64,000 bases of DNA from Candidatus Eiseniibacteriota bacterium (GTDB lineage: Bacteria; Eisenbacteria; RBG-16-71-46): the NCBI GenBank assembly GCA_963776245.1, contig CAVZLN010000006.1:448001-512000 (forward strand). Reading direction: 5' to 3'. This document shows, piece by piece, positions 22,276 through 31,695 of this stretch (its first letter is position 1; each line of letters begins with the position of its first letter). A model generated the notes under the pieces. The model searched no databases. It was not told where the DNA came from and was given only the letters and a program-made list of their open reading frames with translations. The translations under genes were made by a program, and so were the position numbers.

Positions 22276-24074
22276 GCGGCCTCCTCTGTCACTCCAGGCG
22301 ATAGGGCGCCCGGCAGGATCAGCGTGAACGTGCTGCCGCGACGCTCCTCGCCCGCGATCCGCAGGTCCCCGCCGTGCGCTTCCGCGACGCGGCGGGCGAG
22401 CGCAAGCCCGAAGCCGAGCCCGGGTTGGTTGAACTCGAGCCCGCGACCGGTGTGGTGATGCCCGGCGTCGCGCGGCGCGATGGTCGACTCGGAGAGCCGG
22501 GCGCGCATCGCGGCCGACAGTCCGATGCCGTCATCACGCACCGCGACGAGCAGCGTGCTGCCCTCCGCGAGGGCTTCCACTCGGACCGTGCCGCCGTCGG
22601 GAGTGAATCGCACGCCATTGCGCGCCAGCGCGTCCACCGCCTTCGCGAGCCCGGCGGACCTGACGCGGGCGTGCTCAGCCCCGGCGTACACCTCGACGCT
22701 CAGTCGCACACGGCGGTCGCGCGCCGCAGATCGCACCTCGCGCGCGACCGAGTCGAGCAGGGGGCGCAGTTCGCACCAGTCGGCCTCGGTTCCCTCGCCG
22801 ACGTCCTCGGTCTCGGACATCCGCGTGGCATCCACGGCGATGCGCTCCAGCGTCGCGCACGCGTGCCCGATGGCCTCGAGAGCCTGCTCGAAGTGCGGGT
22901 CCGGTGGCAGCACGCGGCCGGCGCTCAACAGATCGCGCCAGCCCATGATGATCGCGATGGGGGTACGAAGCTCGTGGGACGCGACCGCGATGAACCCGCT
23001 CTTGGCGCGTGCGACCTCCTCCAGGTGTTCCACGTAGACGCGCTGGCGGCGGCGCATCTGATCGAACTGTGCGGCGAGCACACCCAGCTCGTCGCGGCGG
23101 CCCTGGGCGATCGGGGCGTCCCACTGGCCGCGCTCCATGGCCTCGGCGGCGCCGACCAATTGCCGGATCGGATGGGTCAGGCGGGTCGCGATGACCACCG
23201 AGGCAAGGGTGAGCGCGAGCATCGCCACCAGGCCCAGCAACACGAGGCGACCGCGCACGTCGCGGAGGAACACCGTCTCGACATCGAACGAGCGCTGGAG
23301 CACGTAGGTCTGCCCCTCCCCTTCGTCGGCGAAGGGCAGCGGGCGGGCGAGCGCCAGCCAGCGCGCGCCCCCGGCGCTCACCGTGCGCGCGGGGCCGCGC
23401 GGGAAGGACGCGGTCGAGACCGCCACCTGGCGCTCCTCGGGACGGGCCAGAGTGCTGCGCGCGACACGGCCTCCGATCAGGAAGGTGACGTCGCTCTTCG
23501 TGAGCTGGCGCAGGTCGTCCGCAAGGGACCGGCCCACCTCGGTGCCCAGGATGAGCGCCCCGACCACGCGACGATCGGCCACCACCGGTGTCGCCACCAG
23601 CAGGACGTGAGTGCCGCCCACGGTCATGGCGCGACGCGCGGTCCGACCCTCGAGTCCGGCCGAGCCCAGCACGGCACGGGCCCTCGAATCGAGCGCGAGC
23701 GTGCCCACCGAGGCGATGTCCTCCCCGCGGGCGTCCACCACCTCGAACACGTCCGGATGGGCGAGCGCCTCGAAGTCGCTGGCGACGCCCGCCATGGTCG
23801 CCCGGAACTGCGGGTCACCGGCGGCGTGCGGCAGGGTCAGGATGGAGAAGAACTTCGGATCGCGCACGATGACGGCACCCGTCACCTCGAGTTGCGAGGT
23901 GCGTTCGGCCAGCATGCTCTCGAGCAGGTCGGCGGCGCGGCCCAGGTCGTCCTGCAGGGCGGTCACGGTGCGCGTGGAGACGCCGCGGTCCACCAGCAGG
24001 AGCGACGCCCCGGTCAGTGCCGCGAGCGGGAGCGCGGTGAGCAGGAGGATCTTCCAGCGCAGGCCCAGGCGCAT
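22272..24074 (-). CDS. Membrane sensor histidine kinase with periplasmic domain and HAMP
   Basis: Two TM helices, HAMP (THPIRQL..RDELGVLA), H-box SHELRTPI, DDGIG, GLGFGL. Confidence 0.9.
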   Translation of the reverse strand: MRLGLRWKILLLTALPLAALTGASLLLVDRGVSTRTVTALQDDLGRAADLLESMLAERTSQLEVTGAVIVRDPKFFSILTLPHAAGDPQFRATMAGVASDFEALAHPDVFEVVDARGEDIASVGTLALDSRARAVLGSAGLEGRTARRAMTVGGTHVLLVATPVVADRRVVGALILGTEVGRSLADDLRQLTKSDVTFLIGGRVARSTLARPEERQVAVSTASFPRGPARTVSAGGARWLALARPLPFADEGEGQTYVLQRSFDVETVFLRDVRGRLVLLGLVAMLALTLASVVIATRLTHPIRQLVGAAEAMERGQWDAPIAQGRRDELGVLAAQFDQMRRRQRVYVEHLEEVARAKSGFIAVASHELRTPIAIIMGWRDLLSAGRVLPPDPHFEQALEAIGHACATLERIAVDATRMSETEDVGEGTEADWCELRPLLDSVAREVRSAARDRRVRLSVEVYAGAEHARVRSAGLAKAVDALARNGVRFTPDGGTVRVEALAEGSTLLVAVRDDGIGLSAAMRARLSESTIAPRDAGHHHTGRGLEFNQPGLGFGLALARRVAEAHGGDLRIAGEERRGSTFTLILPGALSPGVTEEAA

Positions 24075-24076
24075 GA

Positions 24077-24730
24077 TCAGAAGCTCACCTCCACGGCGAG
24101 ATCGTTCCCCGCCGTGAGGTCGAGATCGCGGCTTCCGCCGCGGAAGTCCGGGTGCCACCAGCGCAGGGTGTAGCGCCCCGGCGGGACGTCGGGCAGCTGC
24201 CAACTGCCGTCGGGGCGCGGCCGGGCGAGCGCGCGCGTCGGCGTGACCACGATGAACGCAGCCATGTCGGAGTGGATGTCGCAGTACACATTCACCAGGC
24301 CCGGCTTCGGGAACCGGACGCTTCGTGACTCGCCCTTCGGGTACTTGCCCAGGTCGAACCGGCGCACCGGGGAGACGCTGAACACGTTGTGGTAGATCGG
24401 ATCGAGGTTGGGGAAGTCGACCCGGCCGCCGAGCGGGATCGCGATCACCCGCGGGACGAAGGCCTGGTCCTTCTGCGCCAGCTTCGGATTGACCGCGGGC
24501 ATGGGCAACGCCGAATCCACCCGCGCCGGCACGGCCTCGAGGTAGAGCACCGCGTCGGTGACCACCCCTCGAGGCGCGCACGCGTGGCCGGCCAGCGCGG
24601 AGGCGCGACCCGCGTACGGCTGGAACGCCGGATCGTCGGGCCCCAGCGTCGGGACGTGCACGCTGCCGTGCACGACGGCAGCACCCGCGAGCGCCGGGAG
24701 CATGACGAGCACGGCAAGCACGGCGAGCAT
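24077..24730 (-). CDS. Secreted cupredoxin-like protein with carboxypeptidase-regulatory-like C-terminus
   Basis: Signal peptide, AFVPRV, FPNLDPIYHNVFS, YCDIHSDM, LPDVPPGRYTLRWWHP; start uncertain. Confidence 0.8.
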   Translation of the reverse strand: MLAVLAVLVMLPALAGAAVVHGSVHVPTLGPDDPAFQPYAGRASALAGHACAPRGVVTDAVLYLEAVPARVDSALPMPAVNPKLAQKDQAFVPRVIAIPLGGRVDFPNLDPIYHNVFSVSPVRRFDLGKYPKGESRSVRFPKPGLVNVYCDIHSDMAAFIVVTPTRALARPRPDGSWQLPDVPPGRYTLRWWHPDFRGGSRDLDLTAGNDLAVEVSF

Positions 24731-24937
24731 CGACAGATGAGCGAAGCGTCTGTGCACTCGAAGGATGGGAATCCCTGCCGGCCTGGGATCGAAGATGGGC
24801 GATCTCCGATGTCTTCGGCCCCGCGATGCCGGGGCTGAACCCGGAATGCCGGGGCCTGGACCCAATCGCACGATCGCCCCCGGAGGTCGTGACCCACGGG
24901 GGCGACATGTACTGGCTTGGCCGGAAGTCTATTGTAA

Positions 24938-25014
24938 TGGCGGGGTTGACGGGACTCGAACCCGCGACCTCCTGCGTGACAGGCAGGCGTTCTAACCAGC
25001 TGAACTACAACCCC
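24938..25014 (-). tRNA. tRNA-Asp(GTC)
   Basis: Acceptor stem GGGGTTG/CAACCCC-G-CCA; anticodon arm CCTGC-CT-GTC-AC-GCAGG. Confidence 0.97.
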
Positions 25015-25065
25015 GCACGGCGCGTCCGGGCCCGGGAGGCCGTGCCCGGGCGCCGAAGCCGGGGC

Positions 25066-25094
25066 AGAATAGCGATGCACTCCACCCCTGTCAA
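25066..25094 (-). promoter_or_regulatory. tRNA-Asp sigma70-type promoter
   Basis: TTGACA-N17-TATTCT followed by a GC-rich discriminator. Confidence 0.8.
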
Positions 25095-25109
25095 TCTCGC
25101 GGGGCCTCC

Positions 25110-26447
25110 CTAGTAGACGGCCTCGAGGTCGACGCCCGGGTAGTAGTGCTCGAGGATGGCGCGCGCGTCGCGCCCCGAGCGCGCCATCCCCAGCGCCCCG
25201 GTCTGGCAGAGCCCGACACCGTGGCCGAACCCCGCGCCGCTCGCCACCACCGCGAGCGCGCGACGCGTGGCGGCGTCGCGCCGCACGTCCACCTTGAAGA
25301 GATTGGAGCGCAGCGTGGCGCCCGAGGTGCCGGGCCGCCGCAGCGCCTGGCGGAGCGCGTAAGCGGGCAGGACCACGTCACCGGTGGTGGTCGAGACCAT
25401 CAGGCGCCACACCCGCCCCGAGCGCGAGCGCGCGTCCACATGCACATCCAGCAGATCGCCCAGCCCGCCCGGCGGCAGGGCGATGCCCAGCCCGGGCGCC
25501 GCGCGCGCGAGCGTGCGCACGAATTCGCCGGCCTCCCACTGCTCGCGCCAGCGGTAGTGGGGCGATGCGGCGCAGTAGTCCGAGCCCGCGCGGTCGGCGT
25601 GGCTCACCAGATAGGGTAGCGCTTCCGCGGGCCACGCCTCCCAGACCTCCGCGGTCACGCCACCGCAGGTGGAGCAGTAGTTGGCGCGGATGGGCCGTCC
25701 CCCGGAAAGCGCCACCAGCGCGCGCGTGCTCTCGACACAGCGCGTGGCGAGCGGGCGCTCGCTGTCGACCGCGCCGTACACCTGGTCCTCGACCGTGCCG
25801 AACAGGTCGAATCCTTCGGCCGCGCGGCGCCCGCGATAGAAGAGCGTGTACGAACGCGCCGCGACCGCCTGGGCGCGCCCGGCCTCCAGCAGCGCCTCGC
25901 TGAGGCCGCCGATCTCCCCTGGGACGACCCCCAGCAGGTAGGTCTCGAGCGGCAGGCGCGCCACCAGCGTGAGCGCGCCACGCGAGTTCACGAACAGCTT
26001 CGCCTGCCCACGCCACCATCGGCCGCCCCAGCCGAAGCGCGGATCCTCCGCAGCGCCGGACACCCACAGCGTGTCGCCGCGCGCGATGTCGAAGCTGCCC
26101 TGGGCGCCCCACGTGGCGGTCGCCCCGGCGGTGCCGCGGCGGACGGCGAGGGGCGCGCGGAAGACGATCTCCGGATCGGCGCGCCCGGGCCTCTCACGCC
26201 GCAATCCGAATCCGGCGCGAGCCTCGGGCATGAGCGTGAGCGAGTCGACGTCCCACGCCAGGCCGACCTCGATCGCGGGCTCGCCATCCAGCCGCAGCGG
26301 ACCGCGCGCCTCGCGCGGGGCCGTGGCGGACGGATGTGCCGTCGGCCGCGCGGGGAGCACCCCCGTCGGCCGCGGCACCGGGACCGTGGCGCACGATGAC
26401 GCGGCGCACGCGAGTCCCGCGGCCAGCACCACGCACGCCGCCCTCAC
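25110..26447 (-). CDS. SpoIID/LytB-domain lytic transglycosylase, probable lipoprotein
   Basis: LETYLLGVVPGE, AQAVAARSY, DQVY, STCGG, GFGHGVGLCQTGA, ILEHYYPG; lipobox-like ASSC. Confidence 0.9.
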   Translation of the reverse strand: MRAACVVLAAGLACAASSCATVPVPRPTGVLPARPTAHPSATAPREARGPLRLDGEPAIEVGLAWDVDSLTLMPEARAGFGLRRERPGRADPEIVFRAPLAVRRGTAGATATWGAQGSFDIARGDTLWVSGAAEDPRFGWGGRWWRGQAKLFVNSRGALTLVARLPLETYLLGVVPGEIGGLSEALLEAGRAQAVAARSYTLFYRGRRAAEGFDLFGTVEDQVYGAVDSERPLATRCVESTRALVALSGGRPIRANYCSTCGGVTAEVWEAWPAEALPYLVSHADRAGSDYCAASPHYRWREQWEAGEFVRTLARAAPGLGIALPPGGLGDLLDVHVDARSRSGRVWRLMVSTTTGDVVLPAYALRQALRRPGTSGATLRSNLFKVDVRRDAATRRALAVVASGAGFGHGVGLCQTGALGMARSGRDARAILEHYYPGVDLEAVY

Positions 26448-27664
26448 GCGCCACCTCCCGGGGTGATGTGCCCGAGCACCACCGGGTGGCGCGCGCCGGT
26501 CGCTCCGGAGACGCTTCCCGGCTGACCGCAGAGCGTCTGGTGCGCCAGGAACGCGAACGCCAGCGCCTCCTTGGTGGCGGGATCGTCACCGAGGGCCTGC
26601 AGCCCGACCAGTCGCGCAGGCGCGAGCCGGCGCTCGAGCGCACTCATGAGCACCGGGTTGCGCACTCCGCCGCCGCTCGCGACCACCACGTCCACGCCTC
26701 CGCGCGGCACGAGGAACCGCGTGACCGCGAGCGCCACCGAGGCCGCGGTGAGCTCGACCGCAGTGGCCATCAGGTCGGGCTCGGCCAGCCCCGCGGCCAT
26801 GCCCAGCTCGCGCAGTTGCTCGGCGAAGCGGCGCCCGTAGCGTTCGCGACCAGTGGAGCGGGGCGGCGCCGCGGCGAAGAATGGATCGGCCAGCAACTCC
26901 CCGAGCAGCGTCGCGTCGGGTCTCCCGCGTGCCGCCAGCGCGCCGCCCTCGTCGCGACGCATCCGCCCGCCGCTGTGGAGCGCGGCGAGCGCGTCGAGCA
27001 CGGCGTTGCCCGGCCCGGTGTCGAACGCCAGCAGGTCCTCGACCGCGCCGCCCTTCGGCAGATGCGTGACGTTGGCCATGCCCCCGAGGTTCAGGAGCGC
27101 GCGCGACTCGCGATCGCTGCGATAGCGCCACCAGTCGTACAGCGGCACCAGTGGGGCGCCCTCGCCGCCCGCCGCCGTGTCGCGGGCGCGGAAGTCCGAC
27201 ACCACCGCGATCCCGGTGCGCTCCGCGAGCAGCGCCGCCGAGCCGAGCTGGAGGGTGAGCGCGGGCCCGCCGCCCGCCGGACGGGGCAGGTGGCGCACGG
27301 TCTGTCCGTGCGAGCCGATGGCATCGACCGAGCGCGGCTCCACGCCGGCCTCGCCGAGCAGCTGGAGCGCCGCCTCCGCGAAGCGCTCCCCGAGGGCGGC
27401 GTCGAGGCGCATGAGCCGCTCCGGTTCCAGCGTGCTCGCGCTCGCCACCGCCAGGATCTCGTGGCGCAGGTCGCTCTCGAGCGCACCGGAGCGGAACGCC
27501 ACGACCTCCTGCGCGCTGCCGAGCCCGAGGCCGCGGAAGCGCACCAGCACGGCGTCCACAGCATCGGCCGAGGTGCCGGTCATGAGCCCCACCACCAGGT
27601 GCTCATCGCGCGCGCGGTAGTCGCGCACCCGCGCCAGCGCGTCCGCACCACCGCGGGCGTTCAC
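26444..27664 (-). CDS. anmK: Anhydro-N-acetylmuramic acid kinase
   Basis: GLMTGTSADAVD, GSHGQTVRH, GGEGAPLVP, NLGGMAN, FDTGPGN, STGRE, KEALAFA; GTG start inferred. Confidence 0.95.
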   Translation of the reverse strand: MNARGGADALARVRDYRARDEHLVVGLMTGTSADAVDAVLVRFRGLGLGSAQEVVAFRSGALESDLRHEILAVASASTLEPERLMRLDAALGERFAEAALQLLGEAGVEPRSVDAIGSHGQTVRHLPRPAGGGPALTLQLGSAALLAERTGIAVVSDFRARDTAAGGEGAPLVPLYDWWRYRSDRESRALLNLGGMANVTHLPKGGAVEDLLAFDTGPGNAVLDALAALHSGGRMRRDEGGALAARGRPDATLLGELLADPFFAAAPPRSTGRERYGRRFAEQLRELGMAAGLAEPDLMATAVELTAASVALAVTRFLVPRGGVDVVVASGGGVRNPVLMSALERRLAPARLVGLQALGDDPATKEALAFAFLAHQTLCGQPGSVSGATGARHPVVLGHITPGGGA

Positions 27665-27741
27665 GACCCGGCCCCCGCGCGGCGCCGGGCGATGTCGCGG
27701 GGGATCGGGAGCGTCGCCGGAGCGCGAGTCCGCATCCGCGG

Positions 27742-28983
27742 CTACTTCCCCGCCAGCTCGGCGATACGGGCGTTCGCGTCCGACACCGCCTGCGCCGCGG
27801 TCTTCTTGTCGTAGAGCGCCTGCTCGATCTCGTCCTCGATCGCGGCCTCCATCGCGTCCCATTCCGGGTGACGGGGCGTGAAGCGCGCGGTCTCGAGCTG
27901 GAGCGCCATCACCTGCTGCTCGGGATGCTCCCGATAGAAGCGGAGGGTGTCCGCGCCCCGGGCAGCCGGCTGAACGCTCAGGAGCGCCCGCGCCAGCGCC
28001 AGCGCGTTGTCGGGCCGGGCCAGGAAGCGCGCCAGTCTCAGCGCCTCGGCCTTGCGCCGGGAGGCGTTGAACGACACCAGCACTTCGCCCTCCGCGAACG
28101 AGGCGTGAGCGCCGCGCCCCGGCGACGGACACGGGATGAGCGCCACCCCGTAGCGCAGCCCCGGGGCCTCCCGCGCGATCTGCTGGAAGAGCCATGCCCC
28201 CGAGACGTGCAGCCCGAGTCGCCCCTGCTCGAATTCACGGTCGAGCGCACCCGGCATGCCGATCAGCCCGGCCGCTCGCAGGCTCAGATAGAACTCGAGC
28301 GCCACCCGGTTCGCGGGCGAGTCGAAGCGCGCCGAGTCGCGTCCATCCGAGAGGATCTCGCCCCCGTTGCCCCACGCGTACGGCATAAACTCCGTGAACA
28401 GCTTCCCGCGGTCGTTGGCGCTCACCCCATACCCGTGCACGCCCCGCCCGAGGCGCTGGATCGCGACCGCGGCGCGGCGCAGTTCCTCCCAGGTCCCGGG
28501 CGCTCGCTCGGGATCGAGGTGCGCGCGCGCGAACAGCGCCTTGTTGTAGAACAGCGCGCGCGTGCCGAGCACCCACGGCATCCCGTAGATCGCGTCGCCA
28601 ACCGTGCACAGTTCCCAGCCGCGCAGCGAGTCGCGCTGGTCGGCCACCCCCGCGCTCCAATCGCTGAGCGCGCCCGACTCGAGGAACGGCGGGATGAGGG
28701 TGGAGCCCATCTGGCACAGGTCCGGGACCCGTCCCGTGGCCATCGCCGCCGTGATCGAGTCGCGACCGCTGTCCCAGGCGAGCCGTTCCATGCGCACGCG
28801 AAGGCCGGGGTTCTCCGCCTCGAAGCGGCGCAGCAACGGGTCGATCGCCTCCACGGGCCAGAACTGCCAGAACACGATCGGATCCGGTTCCCGGGGCTTC
28901 GGCGCGCACGCGACCATCAGGGCGATCGCCGTGACGGGTGCGGCGAGCGCGACCATGCGGAACCCCGGGGCGCGTCGGATCAT
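27742..28983 (-). CDS. Sugar-type extracellular solute-binding lipoprotein
   Basis: Lipobox MVAC, RFEAENPG, PDL, YGMPW..RALFYNKALF, TWEEL. Confidence 0.88.
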   Translation of the reverse strand: MIRRAPGFRMVALAAPVTAIALMVACAPKPREPDPIVFWQFWPVEAIDPLLRRFEAENPGLRVRMERLAWDSGRDSITAAMATGRVPDLCQMGSTLIPPFLESGALSDWSAGVADQRDSLRGWELCTVGDAIYGMPWVLGTRALFYNKALFARAHLDPERAPGTWEELRRAAVAIQRLGRGVHGYGVSANDRGKLFTEFMPYAWGNGGEILSDGRDSARFDSPANRVALEFYLSLRAAGLIGMPGALDREFEQGRLGLHVSGAWLFQQIAREAPGLRYGVALIPCPSPGRGAHASFAEGEVLVSFNASRRKAEALRLARFLARPDNALALARALLSVQPAARGADTLRFYREHPEQQVMALQLETARFTPRHPEWDAMEAAIEDEIEQALYDKKTAAQAVSDANARIAELAGK

Positions 28984-29900
28984 CGGGGCCCGGACAGGGC
29001 GGCCCGCACGAATCCGTCCGCGCGCGCGAGCCGGGCCTCGGCCTCCGCGCGCGTGCACCCCTGCAGCGTCATGACGATGGCGGTCTTCACGCTGCCGCCC
29101 GCGGCCTCGAGGGCGAGCGCCGCTACCTCGCGGTCCGCCCCCGTCACGGTCATCACCGTGCGGCGGCTGCGCTCCACCAGCTTCAGGCTGTTCGCCATCA
29201 GGTCCACCATCATGTTCTCGTACACTTTGCCGATGCGCACGAACGCGGCCGTGCTGATCATGTTGAGCACCAGCTTCTGCGCGGTGCCCGCCTTCATGCG
29301 CGTGGAGCCCATGAGGACCTCGGGCCCCACCTCCGGGCAGATCGCCACGTCGACCGGCAGCACGAACTCGCTGCGCGGGGTGCACGTGATGTAGGCGGTG
29401 CGAGCGCCGCGCGCGCGGGCGCGGGCGACCGCCGCCACCACGTACGGCGTGCGACGGCTCGCGGCCAGGCCGATCACGGTGTCCCGCGGCCCCACTTCGC
29501 GCTCGTCCATGGCATGCTCGCCGTCCTCGGGCCGGTCCTCGGCACCCTCGACCGCGCGCACCAGCGCGGCGTGCCCGCCGGCCATCACGCCCTGCACCAT
29601 CGCGGGATCGGAGCCGAACGTGGGCGGGCACTCCGACGCGTCGAGCACGCCGAGCCGCCCGCTGGTGCCGGCGCCCACGTAGATCAGGCGCCCGCCGGCG
29701 CGGAACGAGGCCACCACGAGTTCCACGGTCTGGGCGATGGAGGGGATCTCGCGCGCCACCGCGTCCGCGACGAGGGCGTCCTCGGCCGCGATCCGTGCGA
29801 GGATCCCGGGCACGTCGAGCGCGTCGAGGTCGTGGGTGCGTGGGTTGCGCTGCTCGGTCGCGAGTCGCGCGAATTCATCGAAGCGCGAGCGGTCGTCCAT
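28980..29900 (-). CDS. murQ: N-acetylmuramic acid 6-phosphate etherase
   Basis: TEQRNP, GAGTSGRLGVLDASECPPTF, EGAED, GSTRMKAGTAQKLVLN. Confidence 0.96.
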   Translation of the reverse strand: MDDRSRFDEFARLATEQRNPRTHDLDALDVPGILARIAAEDALVADAVAREIPSIAQTVELVVASFRAGGRLIYVGAGTSGRLGVLDASECPPTFGSDPAMVQGVMAGGHAALVRAVEGAEDRPEDGEHAMDEREVGPRDTVIGLAASRRTPYVVAAVARARARGARTAYITCTPRSEFVLPVDVAICPEVGPEVLMGSTRMKAGTAQKLVLNMISTAAFVRIGKVYENMMVDLMANSLKLVERSRRTVMTVTGADREVAALALEAAGGSVKTAIVMTLQGCTRAEAEARLARADGFVRAALSGPR

Positions 29901-30057
29901 GGGCCTCCCGGGTGCTGCCCTCCGTGGGAGGCCAGCATGCCACGCGGCCTCGCGCACGCGCAATGCCGTTGGCCTCGAAGCGACCCTTGCGGGGCGCGCG
30001 GCACGGCGCTAGCGTGGCCCGCGTCGAGTGCCGCTTCCCACGACGGAGGACTCCGCC

Positions 30058-30594
30058 ATGCTTCGGTCCCTGCGCTTTCCCGCGACGCTCGTCCTGCTGG
30101 CACTCGCCCTGGTCGCGGCCTCCGAGCCGGCCGGCGCCGCCACGCGCAAGCGACGGGCGACAGCCCATGCCGCCCCCGCGGCTCCCCGCATCCCCACGTG
30201 GGTGGCGCCCTTCAAGACCATCACCTCGGCCGATGGGCGCTTCACGGCGTGCAACTACAACATGCGCCAGGAGGGCTGGGGCGCCCTGATGCTGTTCCAG
30301 GAGGGGCACCTGATCCGGGTCTGGCAGGGTCTGCGCGCGGTCTCGTGGGAGCCGGGCAGCACCCGCCTGCTGGCGACCGAGGCGAGGCCCGACGACGACC
30401 TGAAGTGGTTCATGATCGACCCGTCCCGCGGCGGCGACGACGCGGACCTGCGCGATCTTCCGCGCACCCCGGTGCTGGCGGGCCGCCGCGCGACCTTCCG
30501 CGGCTGGCTGCCCGACGGGCGATTGACGTTCGGCGAGGGCATCGACGCCACCGCGCGAGACACCGTGGACGCGCCCTCCGCCACGCCACACTGA
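30058..30594 (+). CDS. Secreted hypothetical protein
   Basis: GGAGG RBS, signal peptide, stop overlaps the mutM start. Confidence 0.7.
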   Translation: MLRSLRFPATLVLLALALVAASEPAGAATRKRRATAHAAPAAPRIPTWVAPFKTITSADGRFTACNYNMRQEGWGALMLFQEGHLIRVWQGLRAVSWEPGSTRLLATEARPDDDLKWFMIDPSRGGDDADLRDLPRTPVLAGRRATFRGWLPDGRLTFGEGIDATARDTVDAPSATPH

Positions 30595-31481
30595 TGCCTG
30601 AACTGCCCGAGGTCGAGACCGTGCGCCGCATGCTCGCGCAGAGCGTGCTCGGTCGCACGGTGGCGCGCGTGGAGACGTCAGGCCTTCGCCTGCGCGGCCC
30701 GATCGCGGCTGACCTGTCGCGTCGGCTGGCGGGGCACCGGTTCACCGGCGCGCGGCGGGTGGGCAAGTACCTCCTGCTCGACCTCGACGGCCGGCTCACG
30801 CTGCTCTCCCATCTCGGCATGAGCGGGCGCTGGCTGTTCTGGAGGAGACGGCCCACGGATCCGCTCACCCACGTGCACGCCCGGATCCACTTTCGCGATG
30901 GCGCGGCGCTGTGGTTCCAGGATCCGCGCCGCTTCGGCATGCTCGAGCTGCTCGCGACCGAGCGTGCGCCGGCCCACCCCGCGCTGCGCATCCTGGGCCC
31001 CGACCCGGTGGCGGACCCGCCGACCGGCCCGCGCCTGCACGCCCTCGCGCGCGGCGCGCGAGTGGCGGTGAAGAACTTCCTGCTCGACCAGCGGCGGATC
31101 GCCGGGCTCGGGAACATCTACGCGAGCGAAGTGCTGTTCCGGGCGGGGGTATCCCCGCGGCGGCGGGCCGGCGGGCTCACCCACGCCGAGTGGGACGCGA
31201 TCGCGCGCCAGACCACGGCCACGCTGGACGAGGCCATCGCCCGCATGGGCACGACGTTCAGCGCGTACCGCACGCTGTGGGGCGAACCCGGAGGCTATGG
31301 CGAGCGGTTGCGCGTGTACGACCGCGCGGGCGAAGCGTGTCGGGTGTGCGGCGCGCCCATCCGGCGCATCGTCCAGGGCCAGCGCTCGACGTTCTACTGC
31401 CCGCGCTGCCAGGGCCCCGCGGCGCGCCCGGGGCACCGCGCCAGCACCCTCGGGGGCCGCCGCCGGCCGCGCTCGGGCTGA
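30594..31481 (+). CDS. mutM: Formamidopyrimidine-DNA glycosylase
   Basis: MPELPEVE, GKYL, HLGMSG, DPRRFG, GLGNIYASE, zinc finger CRVC..CPRCQ. Confidence 0.96.
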   Translation: MPELPEVETVRRMLAQSVLGRTVARVETSGLRLRGPIAADLSRRLAGHRFTGARRVGKYLLLDLDGRLTLLSHLGMSGRWLFWRRRPTDPLTHVHARIHFRDGAALWFQDPRRFGMLELLATERAPAHPALRILGPDPVADPPTGPRLHALARGARVAVKNFLLDQRRIAGLGNIYASEVLFRAGVSPRRRAGGLTHAEWDAIARQTTATLDEAIARMGTTFSAYRTLWGEPGGYGERLRVYDRAGEACRVCGAPIRRIVQGQRSTFYCPRCQGPAARPGHRASTLGGRRRPRSG

Positions 31482-31570
31482 TTCCCGCGGATATCGGGCC
31501 CCCGCGCCCTCGTCGGTGTGAAGACGGATACAAATCCGGGTCCCCGGGGAGGTCGGAGTCGCATTCCCCG

Positions 31571-31599
31571 TTGCCCCTCGGCCCCATGGCCCCTATTTT
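31571..31599 (+). promoter_or_regulatory. Possible sigma70 promoter for the DEAD-box gene
   Basis: TTGCCC-N17-TATTTT in an AT-rich patch. Confidence 0.45.
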
Positions 31600-31695
31600 A
31601 TAGGCTGCCGTTCGTGCGGACACCCCGTCTTGGCCCCCTGACGGTCTCGGACGGCTCGACCCGACCGCCAGAGCGGCCCGCCACACGGAGGTCCT

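Noticed and set aside
21106..25014. Possible genomic island integrated at the tRNA-Asp 3' end
   Set aside because: No integrase, and I found no duplicated tRNA 3' end (att site) on the far side of the three genes
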